From positions 1 to 50,567 of IMG/VR virus record IMGVR_UViG_3300044977_000044: a stretch of 50,567 nt of DNA. One strand, 5' to 3'. Numbering within the stretch: position 1 is the stretch's first letter; each line of letters starts with the position of its first letter. The notes under the pieces were generated by a model, which ran no database searches, was not told the DNA's origin, and was given only the letters and a program-made list of their open reading frames with translations. Origin of the DNA: a virus. Its lineage: Duplodnaviria > Caudoviricetes. The position numbers and the translations under genes were made by a program. Shown piece by piece: positions 47,536 to 50,567 of this stretch.

Positions 47536-47907
47536 TCAGACTTGAAACAAGTGGCGCTGCGCGTGCTCTTTGATGGATTCGATAGCGCCAGCTAGGCTTT
47601 GAACGTGAGTTTGCCACGCGCACTCACGGCAAGTTGCCTTGTAGTTATACCGTGCCGGCTGCGGCAACTGCTCGACGATGACGTAGTCATCAAGCGCAGC
47701 TTGCAGCTTTTCTCGACCGTTAGGCGTAGCCGGATCAGTGCCGATCAGGCGAGTACCACGGCCAAAGCTGCGCAGCTTGTACTTGTCGTCTGGAGCTTTC
47801 GCGCCAGCGACTTGCGCAGCAGCGGCAACGTCCTGCGGCTTGGGAGGCATCTGCGCCGGGGTGGGGGCAGTAGCCAAAGGCTGGAGTGGTTTTGCTTGCG
47901 TTCCCAT
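47536..47907 (-). CDS. Hypothetical protein with C2H2-like zinc finger
   Basis: CRECAW...EHAQRH. Confidence 0.6.
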   Translation of the reverse strand: MGTQAKPLQPLATAPTPAQMPPKPQDVAAAAQVAGAKAPDDKYKLRSFGRGTRLIGTDPATPNGREKLQAALDDYVIVEQLPQPARYNYKATCRECAWQTHVQSLAGAIESIKEHAQRHLFQV

Positions 47908-47916
47908 AAAGCTCCT

Positions 47917-48246
47917 TTATCCGTTGGCATCCGCCAAGTCAAAACTTACGTTGTAGGAGCCAGGCGCCGTAGGCGTTCCCGATAGGGAGCCGTCACTGTT
48001 GATGGTTACACCTGGAGGTGGCGTTCCCGCTAACGCGGACAGAACGTAAGGCGGCGTACCGCCAGTGATGGCAAGCTTACTACCTGCCGGCAACGCAGTG
48101 CCGCTAGGACCAATGTCCTCTGGACTTGCGACAGCAAGCGGTGGAGCCGAAGGCGGATCGACCGTGAGTGTGATTGCGAAAGTTCCCTTCATGTGAATTA
48201 CCAGTCCCTTCTCGTGTAGAGTACGTTCAAATTCGTAACGGTTCAT
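47917..48246 (-). CDS. Ig-like (He_PIG-type) domain protein
   Basis: TGGTPPY...GTPPPGVTINSDGSLSGTPTAPGSY. Confidence 0.8.
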   Translation of the reverse strand: MNRYEFERTLHEKGLVIHMKGTFAITLTVDPPSAPPLAVASPEDIGPSGTALPAGSKLAITGGTPPYVLSALAGTPPPGVTINSDGSLSGTPTAPGSYNVSFDLADANG

Positions 48247-48249
48247 CGC

Positions 48250-48516
48250 TTACTTGCCTTTACGCGCCGTACGGTACTGCGGTGCGCCGAGACGCTCAAG
48301 CTGACGTTCGATAATATCCAGTCGTTGGTGCAATGGAATCTTACCAGCTACTCCAATCTCACGGTTCATGTGATTGATTAAACGTGTTTCGCAACGTTCA
48401 CAGACAACGATGCGCTTTTCCAAATCCGGATCATGTTTCGACGCCAGTCGAAGCGCCTCTTTTGACCGCTTCTCGGTATCAAGGAAGCGTTGCCAGTCAA
48501 CCGTCTTTGTCTTCAT
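48250..48516 (-). CDS. Hypothetical protein
   Basis: Start overlaps the upstream stop; CERC motif. Confidence 0.55.
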   Translation of the reverse strand: MKTKTVDWQRFLDTEKRSKEALRLASKHDPDLEKRIVVCERCETRLINHMNREIGVAGKIPLHQRLDIIERQLERLGAPQYRTARKGK

Positions 48517-49055
48517 TATTGCACCTTTTGTGAAACGCTCGATAACGGAACATTAGCCTTCGGCTCACTTTCAGTTATATCAACCGAAGGTTGCGAAGGC
48601 ACAACGTTAGCAAGCTTTGTGGCGACAGCATCTGCCCCAGTCTGTAACGCAGACAGCACTTCGCCACTAAGCGTGGGCACTTGCGGTTGGGAGTCGGTTC
48701 GACCCGCTTTGGCGAAGACTCTGTCTGGGTCTCTGTCGAGGATTTCGCTTGCGGCTTGAAGCGAAGCTCGCAGATCGCGACGCTGTTGTACAGCTTCCAG
48801 CAAGGTTCGCATTGCCATCGGCACGCCGACCTTGAACTCCTGGCGGAGCAGATCAGCGCGTCCCGCAAGCGCAATGTCCATTTTCGAGATGGTGCCCTGA
48901 AGGACGGCGTTCTCTACATCTTTGTACTCTGGCAACGCAACGATACGTGCCAGGCCCGCAGGCGTTAGCCCAACAGTCTGTGCAATGATCGCATCTCGGT
49001 GCCCCGCTACGCGCATCCGAGCAATCTGCGGTATTCGTATGTCAACTTTTGACAT
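48516..49055 (-). CDS. Putative terminase small subunit (HTH)
   Basis: N-terminal HTH (IAQTVGLTPAGLARI), RASLQAASEILDRD; first major late gene. Confidence 0.6.
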   Translation of the reverse strand: MSKVDIRIPQIARMRVAGHRDAIIAQTVGLTPAGLARIVALPEYKDVENAVLQGTISKMDIALAGRADLLRQEFKVGVPMAMRTLLEAVQQRRDLRASLQAASEILDRDPDRVFAKAGRTDSQPQVPTLSGEVLSALQTGADAVATKLANVVPSQPSVDITESEPKANVPLSSVSQKVQ

Positions 49056-49249
49056 CTGTAAGATCGTCCTCGACGGACAACGTAGTTGCCGGCTTACACT
49101 TCGTGTACGTAGCGCCGCTAGGCAACTTCACCCGCGACGCCAGTAACCGCAGGTTACGACTGGCGTTCTCCTTCGGAACACGATCGTTTATGAGCCGACC
49201 GTGATCTGAAAGACGAACGCCAGTTGGCCTATTCCCCATGAGCACTTTC

Positions 49250-49278
49250 AGTCTAACACGCAGAGCGTAGCGGGTCAA
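49250..49278 (-). promoter_or_regulatory. sigma70-type promoter for the late arm
   Basis: Minus strand TTGACC-N17-TAGACT. Confidence 0.7.
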
Positions 49279-49787
49279 GGCTTTTCTTACTTCGTAAGTC
49301 GTTACGCACAGTGGGCTTAGCCGAAAGGCTACGAACTAGTTACTAACTTCGTTATGTCTTGTTCCGTTACCGCAACGAAGTTTCAATGCCGTAGCGCAAG
49401 CGCTACGAACGTATACGAAGTACACAACCGTACCGTACACGAAGTGTGGCAACTTCGTTATTGAAAGTTGGGAAGCAGGAAAAATTATTTTAGCGGCCAA
49501 TGGCACCTCTGGTAGTGGCTATGGTTTTGGGGCCTAGGGGTCCGGCGACCCGCCGTAGCAAGTCCTTGCCGCGTAAGCGTGACACTATATGTGTACGATG
49601 TGTATAAATATCACAGCGCATAGCGTGTAGTGTTAGATGCATGAGTGGTACGACGCTGTGATCATACGCGAAGCGTATAGCGACAAAGAACCTTTACGCA
49701 TCAGCGACTAACGTTAGTACCGTGCTCCGCACTGCCGTGCATAGACTTCGTCTAAGGACGATACGCAGTATCTCTCTGGAGGAGAAT

Positions 49788-50177
49788 ATGCCAAACGAAG
49801 AAACAGTGCAAGAGAAAGCCCAACGTGAACGGCGCGAAGCTCTGGAACTTGCTATCGAAGATGTGCCACAAGCGTGCATCGACTTGATGTGTGTTGTTGT
49901 GGAGCAAGACCCAGAAAAACGCAGTACAAGCTACTGGCTTGGCGAAGCCTTCGTGTACGTCCACAAGTACCAGAAACGACTGCGCGAGTATGCCGCAGAA
50001 CGTGAGGACAATCGCAAGCGCAAGGAGAACGAGAACTTGTTCTCCAAGTACATTGCGATGACGCCGCCGAAGAATGCCACAGAGTTGCTCACGCTTATGC
50101 AACGCTTCGGCATCTGCCCACAAGTGCCTGTTCCTGTGGAAGCGCCAGCAGCGCCAACAGCAACGCAAGTAGCGTAA
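49788..50177 (+). CDS. Hypothetical early protein
   Basis: GGAGGAG RBS before MPNEETV. Confidence 0.7.
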   Translation: MPNEETVQEKAQRERREALELAIEDVPQACIDLMCVVVEQDPEKRSTSYWLGEAFVYVHKYQKRLREYAAEREDNRKRKENENLFSKYIAMTPPKNATELLTLMQRFGICPQVPVPVEAPAAPTATQVA

Positions 50178-50226
50178 ACGAAGTTCAACCACAACAGCAC
50201 GCCAGTGCGGAGCGAGGTACTCACGT

Positions 50227-50532
50227 ATGAATACACGAACCAAGCGTGCGCTTGCGCGCTTGGGCTTTACGCGCGTCGCAGGCGAATCAATGGAATTGCC
50301 TAATTCGCCCGCGAATCGGTTTCCGATTGTTCGAGAACCGTCGCAAACGGAGTTGGAAACCACAACGTCGAAGACGTACGTACCGTGGTACTGGTGGAAG
50401 ATACATTGCGCACATGGTAAGTTATGGACGGCACCATGCGGCATGTGTCCGCAAGGACTGCGCTCAGCAGCACAACGCGCTGTGCGTATGTCCTTGATAA
50501 CAGAAGAGTTACGTAAGTGCGTGCGTGGCTAA
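50227..50532 (+). CDS. Hypothetical protein running into the terminal repeat
   Basis: CAHG...CGMC motif; GAGG upstream. Confidence 0.55.
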   Translation: MNTRTKRALARLGFTRVAGESMELPNSPANRFPIVREPSQTELETTTSKTYVPWYWWKIHCAHGKLWTAPCGMCPQGLRSAAQRAVRMSLITEELRKCVRG

Positions 50533-50553
50533 TTACGGAGCCTACCCACACGC
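50431..50553. repeat. Terminal direct repeat / circular overlap, right copy
   Basis: Identical to 1-123; the final 14 nt (50554-50567) do not match 124 onward. Confidence 0.95.
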
Positions 50554-50567
50554 ACTAACGTAACTAT

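Noticed and set aside
1-50567. Integrase, diversity-generating retroelement or stop-codon recoding
   Set aside because: No recombinase or reverse transcriptase motifs and no template/variable repeat pair were seen, and genes are intact under the standard code

Overview
The window is an essentially complete genome of a tailed dsDNA phage with podovirus-like architecture. The unit length is about 50.43 kb, because bases 1-123 recur at 50431-50553. The + strand arm (about 49.8 kb across the junction to 17.7 kb) holds early and replication genes: a J-domain protein, a vWA protein, an FtsK-like motor, an RHH repressor, DUF1643, a PD-(D/E)xK nuclease, a Sak4-like ATPase, an SSB-like protein, a ParB-methyltransferase fusion, a family-A DNA polymerase with an N-terminal UDG-like domain, an HNH nuclease, a helicase-like ATPase and GroES. 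The - strand arm (49.2 to 17.7 kb) holds late genes: terminases, membrane/lysis proteins, portal, scaffold, capsid, tail proteins, spikes and ejection-type proteins. I saw no integrase, tRNA, CRISPR array or reverse transcriptase. The most unusual observations are: (1) four Cys-rich spike/fibre-like late proteins that all carry Sec-type signal peptides ending in front of a Gln, two of them sharing a domain; (2) a PurD-like ATP-grasp ligase translationally coupled to an unannotated 47-aa hyper-acidic peptide inside the virion module; (3) a dense set of C-GAA-G mini-hairpins around the late/early divergence; (4) a 25-bp quasi-palindrome at near-helically phased distances upstream of five sigma70-type promoters; (5) a J-domain/vWA/FtsK early operon; (6) His at PolA position 762. 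All protein calls come from motif recognition by eye; no database searches were run.
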